Positions 1-8,167 of a stretch of 8,174 nucleotides of DNA are shown here, piece by piece. The number at the start of each line of letters is the position of its first letter. Position 1 is the stretch's first letter. The translations under genes were made by a program, and so were the position numbers. Source of the DNA: Naegleria gruberi (lineage: Eukaryota). The notes under the pieces were generated by a model. The model made no database searches. It saw only the letters and a list, made by a program, of their open reading frames with translations, and was not told the DNA's origin. Where the stretch lies: NCBI GenBank assembly GCA_000004985.1, contig GG739084.1, one strand, 5' to 3'.

Positions 1-2
1 TT

Positions 3-407
3 ATCATTGGCAATTACCAAACCAAAGATGTTAATCAAAATCATACTAACAGAACCTTCCCCTCTAAGATTAAATCCTCTAAAGAGAGTTTACATGAGGT
101 GAGAAACATGTTTCCAGATCCTTCTAACAGATATTGTGTTATTTGTAAGAGAGCGAATATGTCTTTCAAAAAGAATTATTTTATTCATGCTCAAAACGCT
201 GAGCTATACCAAAAAACCTTTCCATCCACTTCAATCATGTTTGGGCCAGTTTGTTCAACAGATTTTAACAAGGTTTGGAGGTATTCCAGAGGAGAGTATA
301 TTCCATCTGCAGACGGTTCTGGAAGAACGATAAAGAACTTGAAACCTTCTCAAAAGAGAACTTTATCCAACTACACACCAATAAATACGAAAACAATGAA
401 AATTTGA
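3..407 (+). CDS. Hypothetical protein, possibly the 3' part of a gene that continues left of the window. The ORF track calls 99-407 from a GTG. The first in-frame ATG is at 108.
   Basis: Frame 0 is open from nt 3 to the TGA at 405-407, about 135 codons, which is unusually long for AT-rich DNA. The translation (..RYCVICKRANMSFKKNYFIHAQNAELYQKTFPSTSIMFGPVCSTDFNKVWRYSRGEYIPSADGSGRTIKNLK..) shows no family signature I recognise. The 5' boundary is unknown because the frame is still open at the window edge. Confidence 0.3.
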   Translation: MIGNYQTKDVNQNHTNRTFPSKIKSSKESLHEVRNMFPDPSNRYCVICKRANMSFKKNYFIHAQNAELYQKTFPSTSIMFGPVCSTDFNKVWRYSRGEYIPSADGSGRTIKNLKPSQKRTLSNYTPINTKTMKI

Positions 408-467
408 AGTGAGTACCCCACTCACTAAGGTTTATTGTAAACTACACACACCAATAAATATGAAAAA
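371..467. repeat. Diverged direct repeat. CTACACACCAATAAATACGAAAA at 371-393 matches CTACACACACCAATAAATATGAAAAA at 442-467. The two copies differ by a 2-nt (AC) indel and one C/T change.
   Basis: Read directly from the sequence. Copy 1 lies in the last codons of the 3-407 ORF and copy 2 lies just upstream of the 471-911 ORF. The ~45 bp after each copy also shows weak similarity (tgaaaatttgaagtgag vs tgaaaaaatttcaacacag). That is consistent with a ~70-bp local tandem duplication that has since diverged. Confidence 0.55.
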
Positions 468-470
468 TTT

Positions 471-911
471 TTGTCTGAAAAAATTTCAACACAGCAAGAT
501 GTTAAAAGACAAGATTTACGCTTTTTCCACAGCACTTTAAAAAGAAAGAAAATTAAGCAAAGCACTGAAATTGTTCCGTATGATGGTTCTTGTTCCATAC
601 TGTTAAAATTTCACTCCACAACAAACAACTTTGATCCCATAATTACTTTGTTAAGATTAGACTATAATATTTTCCCATCAGAATACTGTAGCCAAAATGG
701 AAGTTGTTGTTCCATCTTCAAGGAAGAAATTTTGAACAACTGTTTTGAAGCAATGAATTGCTATTCAATCACTTTCAAGCGAGTTGAAGTGGAATCGATT
801 TTCCTTATTTCTGATAACCATCTTTGTCCAGTCGATGAACCATTTCTCAAAAATCTTATTCACTACAAATTGTTAAAGGAGGGTGACACATTTCATGTGT
901 GTTTAAAATAA
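471..911 (+). CDS. Hypothetical ORF, with no ATG until about codon 95. It may be an exon or a pseudogene fragment that belongs with the upstream ORF.
   Basis: The 146-codon ORF in the track starts at TTG 471 and is in the same frame as the 3-407 ORF. The first in-frame ATG is near 753 (..FEAMNCYS..). It ends at TAA 909-911, overlapping an AATAAA hexamer at 907-912. The translation is not recognisable and is Cys-rich (SCCSIF, NNCFEAMNCYS). Confidence 0.2.
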   Translation: MSEKISTQQDVKRQDLRFFHSTLKRKKIKQSTEIVPYDGSCSILLKFHSTTNNFDPIITLLRLDYNIFPSEYCSQNGSCCSIFKEEILNNCFEAMNCYSITFKRVEVESIFLISDNHLCPVDEPFLKNLIHYKLLKEGDTFHVCLK

Positions 912-1002
912 AATAGAATGTTGTTGGAACAAAAAACAAAAAAATATCTTGATCATCAACCCACAAAAATACTTCGTCGCCTGATGCTAGTAATTTTTTT
1001 AA

Positions 1003-1111
1003 ATGTCAACGAATAACAATAACAACAACAATAGAACCCGAAGCTCCACAAGCTTCTCCTCTCCATCAAATGCTCAAGGAGGGTTTGGAGCGTTTTTAAA
1101 ATCATTCATGG
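1003..1111 (+). CDS. 5' end of a protein-coding gene cut off by the assembly gap. The visible N-terminus is poly-Asn and Ser-rich, followed by GGFGAFLKSFM.
   Basis: The ATG at 1003 has an A at -3 (ttaaATGt). The 36 codons before the N-run read MSTNNNNNNNRTRSSTSFSSPSNAQGGFGAFLKSFM. The Asn run uses mixed AAT/AAC codons, so it is not a pure microsatellite. The open frame beyond 1111 is just N translation. Confidence 0.35.
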
Positions 1112-4100
1112 NNNNNNNNNNNNNNNNNNNNNNNNNNNNNNNNNNNNNNNNNNNNNNNNNNNNNNNNNNNNNNNNNNNNNNNNNNNNNNNNNNNNNNNNN
1201 NNNNNNNNNNNNNNNNNNNNNNNNNNNNNNNNNNNNNNNNNNNNNNNNNNNNNNNNNNNNNNNNNNNNNNNNNNNNNNNNNNNNNNNNNNNNNNNNNNNN
1301 NNNNNNNNNNNNNNNNNNNNNNNNNNNNNNNNNNNNNNNNNNNNNNNNNNNNNNNNNNNNNNNNNNNNNNNNNNNNNNNNNNNNNNNNNNNNNNNNNNNN
1401 NNNNNNNNNNNNNNNNNNNNNNNNNNNNNNNNNNNNNNNNNNNNNNNNNNNNNNNNNNNNNNNNNNNNNNNNNNNNNNNNNNNNNNNNNNNNNNNNNNNN
1501 NNNNNNNNNNNNNNNNNNNNNNNNNNNNNNNNNNNNNNNNNNNNNNNNNNNNNNNNNNNNNNNNNNNNNNNNNNNNNNNNNNNNNNNNNNNNNNNNNNNN
1601 NNNNNNNNNNNNNNNNNNNNNNNNNNNNNNNNNNNNNNNNNNNNNNNNNNNNNNNNNNNNNNNNNNNNNNNNNNNNNNNNNNNNNNNNNNNNNNNNNNNN
1701 NNNNNNNNNNNNNNNNNNNNNNNNNNNNNNNNNNNNNNNNNNNNNNNNNNNNNNNNNNNNNNNNNNNNNNNNNNNNNNNNNNNNNNNNNNNNNNNNNNNN
1801 NNNNNNNNNNNNNNNNNNNNNNNNNNNNNNNNNNNNNNNNNNNNNNNNNNNNNNNNNNNNNNNNNNNNNNNNNNNNNNNNNNNNNNNNNNNNNNNNNNNN
1901 NNNNNNNNNNNNNNNNNNNNNNNNNNNNNNNNNNNNNNNNNNNNNNNNNNNNNNNNNNNNNNNNNNNNNNNNNNNNNNNNNNNNNNNNNNNNNNNNNNNN
2001 NNNNNNNNNNNNNNNNNNNNNNNNNNNNNNNNNNNNNNNNNNNNNNNNNNNNNNNNNNNNNNNNNNNNNNNNNNNNNNNNNNNNNNNNNNNNNNNNNNNN
2101 NNNNNNNNNNNNNNNNNNNNNNNNNNNNNNNNNNNNNNNNNNNNNNNNNNNNNNNNNNNNNNNNNNNNNNNNNNNNNNNNNNNNNNNNNNNNNNNNNNNN
2201 NNNNNNNNNNNNNNNNNNNNNNNNNNNNNNNNNNNNNNNNNNNNNNNNNNNNNNNNNNNNNNNNNNNNNNNNNNNNNNNNNNNNNNNNNNNNNNNNNNNN
2301 NNNNNNNNNNNNNNNNNNNNNNNNNNNNNNNNNNNNNNNNNNNNNNNNNNNNNNNNNNNNNNNNNNNNNNNNNNNNNNNNNNNNNNNNNNNNNNNNNNNN
2401 NNNNNNNNNNNNNNNNNNNNNNNNNNNNNNNNNNNNNNNNNNNNNNNNNNNNNNNNNNNNNNNNNNNNNNNNNNNNNNNNNNNNNNNNNNNNNNNNNNNN
2501 NNNNNNNNNNNNNNNNNNNNNNNNNNNNNNNNNNNNNNNNNNNNNNNNNNNNNNNNNNNNNNNNNNNNNNNNNNNNNNNNNNNNNNNNNNNNNNNNNNNN
2601 NNNNNNNNNNNNNNNNNNNNNNNNNNNNNNNNNNNNNNNNNNNNNNNNNNNNNNNNNNNNNNNNNNNNNNNNNNNNNNNNNNNNNNNNNNNNNNNNNNNN
2701 NNNNNNNNNNNNNNNNNNNNNNNNNNNNNNNNNNNNNNNNNNNNNNNNNNNNNNNNNNNNNNNNNNNNNNNNNNNNNNNNNNNNNNNNNNNNNNNNNNNN
2801 NNNNNNNNNNNNNNNNNNNNNNNNNNNNNNNNNNNNNNNNNNNNNNNNNNNNNNNNNNNNNNNNNNNNNNNNNNNNNNNNNNNNNNNNNNNNNNNNNNNN
2901 NNNNNNNNNNNNNNNNNNNNNNNNNNNNNNNNNNNNNNNNNNNNNNNNNNNNNNNNNNNNNNNNNNNNNNNNNNNNNNNNNNNNNNNNNNNNNNNNNNNN
3001 NNNNNNNNNNNNNNNNNNNNNNNNNNNNNNNNNNNNNNNNNNNNNNNNNNNNNNNNNNNNNNNNNNNNNNNNNNNNNNNNNNNNNNNNNNNNNNNNNNNN
3101 NNNNNNNNNNNNNNNNNNNNNNNNNNNNNNNNNNNNNNNNNNNNNNNNNNNNNNNNNNNNNNNNNNNNNNNNNNNNNNNNNNNNNNNNNNNNNNNNNNNN
3201 NNNNNNNNNNNNNNNNNNNNNNNNNNNNNNNNNNNNNNNNNNNNNNNNNNNNNNNNNNNNNNNNNNNNNNNNNNNNNNNNNNNNNNNNNNNNNNNNNNNN
3301 NNNNNNNNNNNNNNNNNNNNNNNNNNNNNNNNNNNNNNNNNNNNNNNNNNNNNNNNNNNNNNNNNNNNNNNNNNNNNNNNNNNNNNNNNNNNNNNNNNNN
3401 NNNNNNNNNNNNNNNNNNNNNNNNNNNNNNNNNNNNNNNNNNNNNNNNNNNNNNNNNNNNNNNNNNNNNNNNNNNNNNNNNNNNNNNNNNNNNNNNNNNN
3501 NNNNNNNNNNNNNNNNNNNNNNNNNNNNNNNNNNNNNNNNNNNNNNNNNNNNNNNNNNNNNNNNNNNNNNNNNNNNNNNNNNNNNNNNNNNNNNNNNNNN
3601 NNNNNNNNNNNNNNNNNNNNNNNNNNNNNNNNNNNNNNNNNNNNNNNNNNNNNNNNNNNNNNNNNNNNNNNNNNNNNNNNNNNNNNNNNNNNNNNNNNNN
3701 NNNNNNNNNNNNNNNNNNNNNNNNNNNNNNNNNNNNNNNNNNNNNNNNNNNNNNNNNNNNNNNNNNNNNNNNNNNNNNNNNNNNNNNNNNNNNNNNNNNN
3801 NNNNNNNNNNNNNNNNNNNNNNNNNNNNNNNNNNNNNNNNNNNNNNNNNNNNNNNNNNNNNNNNNNNNNNNNNNNNNNNNNNNNNNNNNNNNNNNNNNNN
3901 NNNNNNNNNNNNNNNNNNNNNNNNNNNNNNNNNNNNNNNNNNNNNNNNNNNNNNNNNNNNNNNNNNNNNNNNNNNNNNNNNNNNNNNNNNNNNNNNNNNN
4001 NNNNNNNNNNNNNNNNNNNNNNNNNNNNNNNNNNNNNNNNNNNNNNNNNNNNNNNNNNNNNNNNNNNNNNNNNNNNNNNNNNNNNNNNNNNNNNNNNNNN

Positions 4101-6284
4101 NNNNNNNNNNNNNNNNNNNNNNNNNNNNNNNNNNNNNNNNNNNNNNNNNNNNNNNNNNNNNNNNNNNNNNNNNNNNNNNNNNNNNNNNNNNNNNNNNNNN
4201 NNNNNNNNNNNNNNNNNNNNNNNNNNNNNNNNNNNNNNNNNNNNNNNNNNNNNNNNNNNNNNNNNNNNNNNNNNNNNNNNNNNNNNNNNNNNNNNNNNNN
4301 NNNNNNNNNNNNNNNNNNNNNNNNNNNNNNNNNNNNNNNNNNNNNNNNNNNNNNNNNNNNNNNNNNNNNNNNNNNNNNNNNNNNNNNNNNNNNNNNNNNN
4401 NNNNNNNNNNNNNNNNNNNNNNNNNNNNNNNNNNNNNNNNNNNNNNNNNNNNNNNNNNNNNNNNNNNNNNNNNNNNNNNNNNNNNNNNNNNNNNNNNNNN
4501 NNNNNNNNNNNNNNNNNNNNNNNNNNNNNNNNNNNNNNNNNNNNNNNNNNNNNNNNNNNNNNNNNNNNNNNNNNNNNNNNNNNNNNNNNNNNNNNNNNNN
4601 NNNNNNNNNNNNNNNNNNNNNNNNNNNNNNNNNNNNNNNNNNNNNNNNNNNNNNNNNNNNNNNNNNNNNNNNNNNNNNNNNNNNNNNNNNNNNNNNNNNN
4701 NNNNNNNNNNNNNNNNNNNNNNNNNNNNNNNNNNNNNNNNNNNNNNNNNNNNNNNNNNNNNNNNNNNNNNNNNNNNNNNNNNNNNNNNNNNNNNNNNNNN
4801 NNNNNNNNNNNNNNNNNNNNNNNNNNNNNNNNNNNNNNNNNNNNNNNNNNNNNNNNNNNNNNNNNNNNNNNNNNNNNNNNNNNNNNNNNNNNNNNNNNNN
4901 NNNNNNNNNNNNNNNNNNNNNNNNNNNNNNNNNNNNNNNNNNNNNNNNNNNNNNNNNNNNNNNNNNNNNNNNNNNNNNNNNNNNNNNNNNNNNNNNNNNN
5001 NNNNNNNNNNNNNNNNNNNNNNNNNNNNNNNNNNNNNNNNNNNNNNNNNNNNNNNNNNNNNNNNNNNNNNNNNNNNNNNNNNNNNNNNNNNNNNNNNNNN
5101 NNNNNNNNNNNNNNNNNNNNNNNNNNNNNNNNNNNNNNNNNNNNNNNNNNNNNNNNNNNNNNNNNNNNNNNNNNNNNNNNNNNNNNNNNNNNNNNNNNNN
5201 NNNNNNNNNNNNNNNNNNNNNNNNNNNNNNNNNNNNNNNNNNNNNNNNNNNNNNNNNNNNNNNNNNNNNNNNNNNNNNNNNNNNNNNNNNNNNNNNNNNN
5301 NNNNNNNNNNNNNNNNNNNNNNNNNNNNNNNNNNNNNNNNNNNNNNNNNNNNNNNNNNNNNNNNNNNNNNNNNNNNNNNNNNNNNNNNNNNNNNNNNNNN
5401 NNNNNNNNNNNNNNNNNNNNNNNNNNNNNNNNNNNNNNNNNNNNNNNNNNNNNNNNNNNNNNNNNNNNNNNNNNNNNNNNNNNNNNNNNNNNNNNNNNNN
5501 NNNNNNNNNNNNNNNNNNNNNNNNNNNNNNNNNNNNNNNNNNNNNNNNNNNNNNNNNNNNNNNNNNNNNNNNNNNNNNNNNNNNNNNNNNNNNNNNNNNN
5601 NNNNNNNNNNNNNNNNNNNNNNNNNNNNNNNNNNNNNNNNNNNNNNNNNNNNNNNNNNNNNNNNNNNNNNNNNNNNNNNNNNNNNNNNNNNNNNNNNNNN
5701 NNNNNNNNNNNNNNNNNNNNNNNNNNNNNNNNNNNNNNNNNNNNNNNNNNNNNNNNNNNNNNNNNNNNNNNNNNNNNNNNNNNNNNNNNNNNNNNNNNNN
5801 NNNNNNNNNNNNNNNNNNNNNNNNNNNNNNNNNNNNNNNNNNNNNNNNNNNNNNNNNNNNNNNNNNNNNNNNNNNNNNNNNNNNNNNNNNNNNNNNNNNN
5901 NNNNNNNNNNNNNNNNNNNNNNNNNNNNNNNNNNNNNNNNNNNNNNNNNNNNNNNNNNNNNNNNNNNNNNNNNNNNNNNNNNNNNNNNNNNNNNNNNNNN
6001 NNNNNNNNNNNNNNNNNNNNNNNNNNNNNNNNNNNNNNNNNNNNNNNNNNNNNNNNNNNNNNNNNNNNNNNNNNNNNNNNNNNNNNNNNNNNNNNNNNNN
6101 NNNNNNNNNNNNNNNNNNNNNNNNNNNNNNNNNNNNNNNNNNNNNNNNNNNNNNNNNNNNNNNNNNNNNNNNNNNNNNNNNNNNNNNNNNNNNNNNNNNN
6201 NNNNNNNNNNNNNNNNNNNNNNNNNNNNNNNNNNNNNNNNNNNNNNNNNNNNNNNNNNNNNNNNNNNNNNNNNNNNNNNNNNNN
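1112..6284. other. Assembly or scaffold gap of 5,173 consecutive N.
   Basis: Read directly from the sequence. Every ORF shown as crossing this region (1003-6294 +, 1074-8060 -, 1106-6289 -) is continuous only because N translates to X. The true gap length is unknown. Confidence 0.97.
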
Positions 6285-7898
6285 GCCAATATGATTAAAT
6301 ATTTCCAAAAAGTAATGACAAATCATATAAACCTCAATAGCTCTTAACTTATTCATTGTTTTTCCGTTTGTGATTTTTCTTGGGTGTTTATGAAGGAATG
6401 AAGGATATTTTTGTNTGAGGAATATTTTGTCAAATTTTTCCCAATAACTTTCTGGAATTAAGGACATGAAATCTTGAAATAATCCTTCATACAGAACATG
6501 CATAGAATCGTAACAACATATAATTGATGGATTAGGATTCCAATCTTGTTTCAAAATTGGTGAAATTCCTTTCATTCCTTCATAATCTTTCTTACTCATG
6601 TTTTCTTCCCAATATTCTAAACTTCTCAACTCATTTAAATTATATTTTTTTAGAAATTTGTCATAATTTAAAGGGTATCTTGTTTGTTTTGTTGTTTCAC
6701 TAACCTTACTTGTTACCCCTTTTTGTCTACATATATGACAAAAGTACGTTCCACTTTGTTTAAATAATAATACTTCAGATCTGGCGGGAAGATCACAGAC
6801 AATTCTTTCTAATCTTATTTTTACAGAATTATGTGAATTGTAATGATTTAAATCATCCATCAAAATGTTCAACAATAATTGTACTTCCTTCAAATCAGGT
6901 TTTTTTGGAGCAAGAATCCAAAGAAAATTATTCGAACGCTTTCTCCTTAAATGTGGTTTCATTTCATTGAAATTGAAAGATCCTTGATAAAAAGCATTGG
7001 TGCTATTGTTAAATGGGCAAACTGAATCAAAAAATGCAGATATTGTTTTAAGCTTTCCTTCATTAAACAGTTTTTTGTGATGTTGTTGATAAACCGATCC
7101 ATGAACTCTATCTGAAACAATTTCATCCTTAATATCTTCCACTTTTTCAAAAAATTGATTATTAAAATCTTTTTCAAAGAAAATTCTTTCATCCAATTGA
7201 AATTTTAGTGGTCTCAAGAAACAATATGAGTGATTCTTCCATTCTATTTCACAATTACATTTTTTTACATTTTTGTTTCTTTCATATTCTCCACATTTTG
7301 TACAATAATGCACCATAATTGTTTTTCTACTGATATAAAAATAATCATAAAATCCTTTCAACGTGAAATAATATGAATCTTTTTCAGAAATAGAATTAAA
7401 ATCTTGAAGTGTTTCTTTAAATAATTCCAAAACAGATTCCAAACTTGATTCAGACAGTTTTGCTTTAACAGCAAACCTTAATAGTTTCCTCATTATTTTT
7501 TCCAACTTGATATCCGTTACAATTCTTTCCACGCTTTGGAATGAATGATTGCTCAATAAATCATTCTCTCCATATTTTGATGATTCATGACTATAAAAAT
7601 TTTTAAGAAACTCATATTCTTCTTGATTCTCTTGATTTTCAAATTCTCTTGATTCATCAGATTCTTCCATATCAACTTCATTGAAACAGGAACAGCTCTG
7701 TGCTTCATAACCTCCAATTTCTTGACAAAATACCTCCACTCTATCATCATTTCTGACAGGATTATCTTTTAAAACAAAATCAGTTTCAGAATTTTTCTGA
7801 GTACTGTTTGATTGACAGAGTTTCTTACTTGCTCCTCTTAACGCATCAAACTGATACGATCTTTTCATTGTTTTTTGAATGGAGTTGGAGAAAATCAT
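6285..7898 (-). CDS. TNP2-like DDE transposase of the CACTA/En-Spm or KDZ-type (CMC superfamily). This is the N-terminal ~538 aa, and the 3' end is lost in the gap.
   Basis: A single minus-strand frame is open across all resolved sequence from 6285 to 8060 (592 codons, no stop) in AT-rich DNA. The most plausible start is the ATG at 7898 (MIFSNSIQKTMKRSYQ..., A at -3). The ATG at 7868 is an alternative. Motifs run in the canonical TNP2 order: HYCTKCGEYERNKNVKKCNCEIEW (~7235-7310, cf. CPKCGESRY zinc finger); FDSVCPFNNS (cf. DGFNPF); FLWILAPKKPDL (~6895-6945, cf. LIPGPKSP); LLLNILMDDL (cf. YLQPLIDEL); CDLPARSEVLLFKQSGTYFCHIC (~6718-6810, cf. NDFPAYGNLSGWSTKGxxACPVC); CCYDSMHVLYEGL (~6481-6520, cf. 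LDVMHIEKN). The family assignment rests on my recall of these motifs and was not searched against any database. Confidence 0.7.
6285..7898 (-). mobile_element. Minimum visible extent of a DNA transposon of the CACTA/KDZ class. The termini were not identified, and the element most likely continues into the N-gap and perhaps rightward.
   Basis: The only basis is the presence of the transposase gene. No TIRs (CACTA...TAGTG) or target-site duplication can be seen in the resolved sequence. The adjacent 5.2-kb gap fits a repeated element. Confidence 0.4.
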
Positions 7899-7928
7899 GT
7901 TTTCAACCTTGATTGAGTTTGATAGGAG

Positions 7929-7966
7929 GTTTACAATTTTTTGTAAACTTTTTGTAAACTTTTGTA
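7929..7966. promoter_or_regulatory. Candidate cis-element cluster in the divergent intergenic region. The palindrome GTTTACAA-tttt-TTGTAAAC sits at 7929-7948, followed by a second direct TTTTTGTAAAC at 7949-7959 and a partial TTTTGTA at 7960-7966.
   Basis: Read directly from the sequence. It lies 31-70 bp upstream of the transposase ATG (7898, minus strand) and 55-92 bp upstream of the plus-strand ATG at 8021. The GTAAAC core resembles the forkhead-type consensus GTAAACA. It could also be a transposase-binding subterminal-type repeat. Confidence 0.25.
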
Positions 7967-8020
7967 TGACATACTGGGCCAATAAAGATTGTATCCATAC
8001 AAAAATTTTAAAAAACCAAA

Positions 8021-8167
8021 ATGAAAAGAAAAAGTTCTTCAAAAGTCTCATCTTCTTCAAAATCTCCTTCCAAGAAATCGAAAGATAGCGAGGAAACTAA
8101 GGAATCAACAGATCAATCCTTATATAAAAAGAAAAGGTTATCCAAAAAACAAGTGAATACTATTTAA
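8021..8167 (+). CDS. Short Lys/Ser-rich basic ORF of 48 aa. It may be a complete small ORF or the first exon of a gene continuing beyond the window.
   Basis: ATG at 8021 and TAA at 8165-8167. Translation: MKRKSSSKVSSSSKSPSKKSKDSEETKESTDQSLYKKKRLSKKQVNTI. It is transcribed divergently from the transposase. It is absent from the supplied ORF track, presumably because it falls below the length cut-off. A donor-like CAA|GTGAAT sits at 8150-8158. The basic low-complexity composition can also arise by chance in A-rich DNA. Confidence 0.2.
   Translation: MKRKSSSKVSSSSKSPSKKSKDSEETKESTDQSLYKKKRLSKKQVNTI

Noticed and set aside
418-427. CACTCACTAAGG, a possible CACTA-type terminal inverted repeat
   Set aside because: CACTA is a 5-mer expected by chance several times in 3 kb. 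There is no matching inverted TAGTG partner at a sensible position and no flanking duplication. It also lies on the far side of the gap from the transposase, in the opposite context.
907-912. AATAAA hexamer overlapping the stop of the 471-911 ORF, as a poly(A) signal
   Set aside because: AATAAA-like strings are frequent in sequence this AT-rich, and there is no transcript evidence. Not called as a feature.
1074-6289. The minus-strand ORF extends through the gap to 1074 (2,328 aa), and a second gap-spanning minus ORF runs 1106-6289
   Set aside because: Continuity across 1112-6284 is an artefact of N translation. The gap length is an estimate, so frame continuity to the ..MNDFKNAPNPP tail at 1074-1110 means nothing. 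Only 6285-7898 (possibly up to 8060) is supported.
1003-6294. Plus-strand ORF of 1,763 aa reported in the ORF track
   Set aside because: Only the first 36 codons (1003-1110) are real. The rest is translation of N (X) across the gap plus two codons on the far side. It is retained only as the partial CDS 1003-1111.
6415-6415. Single ambiguous base (N) inside the transposase CDS
   Set aside because: The frame is open on both sides in the same phase (..KIFLXQKYPSF..). It is most simply a low-quality base call rather than a biological feature.
6959-7192. Minus-strand 77-aa ORF (alternate frame) inside the transposase gene. The same applies to 7553-7750 (-), 7879-8088 (+) and 136-333 (+).
   Set aside because: These are off-frame ORFs nested within or overlapping longer, better-supported frames. 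Their translations are low-complexity (K/I/F/L-rich) as expected from AT-rich DNA. No independent support.
7899-8060. 5' extension of the transposase ORF to the first in-frame Met at 8060 (MKKMRLLKNFFFSFWFFKIF...)
   Set aside because: The translation is F/K-rich low-complexity typical of a non-coding AT-rich frame. It overlaps the divergent K/S-rich ORF and the repeat-bearing intergenic region. Recognisable protein sequence begins only at the Met at 7898. I cannot exclude a longer N-terminus.
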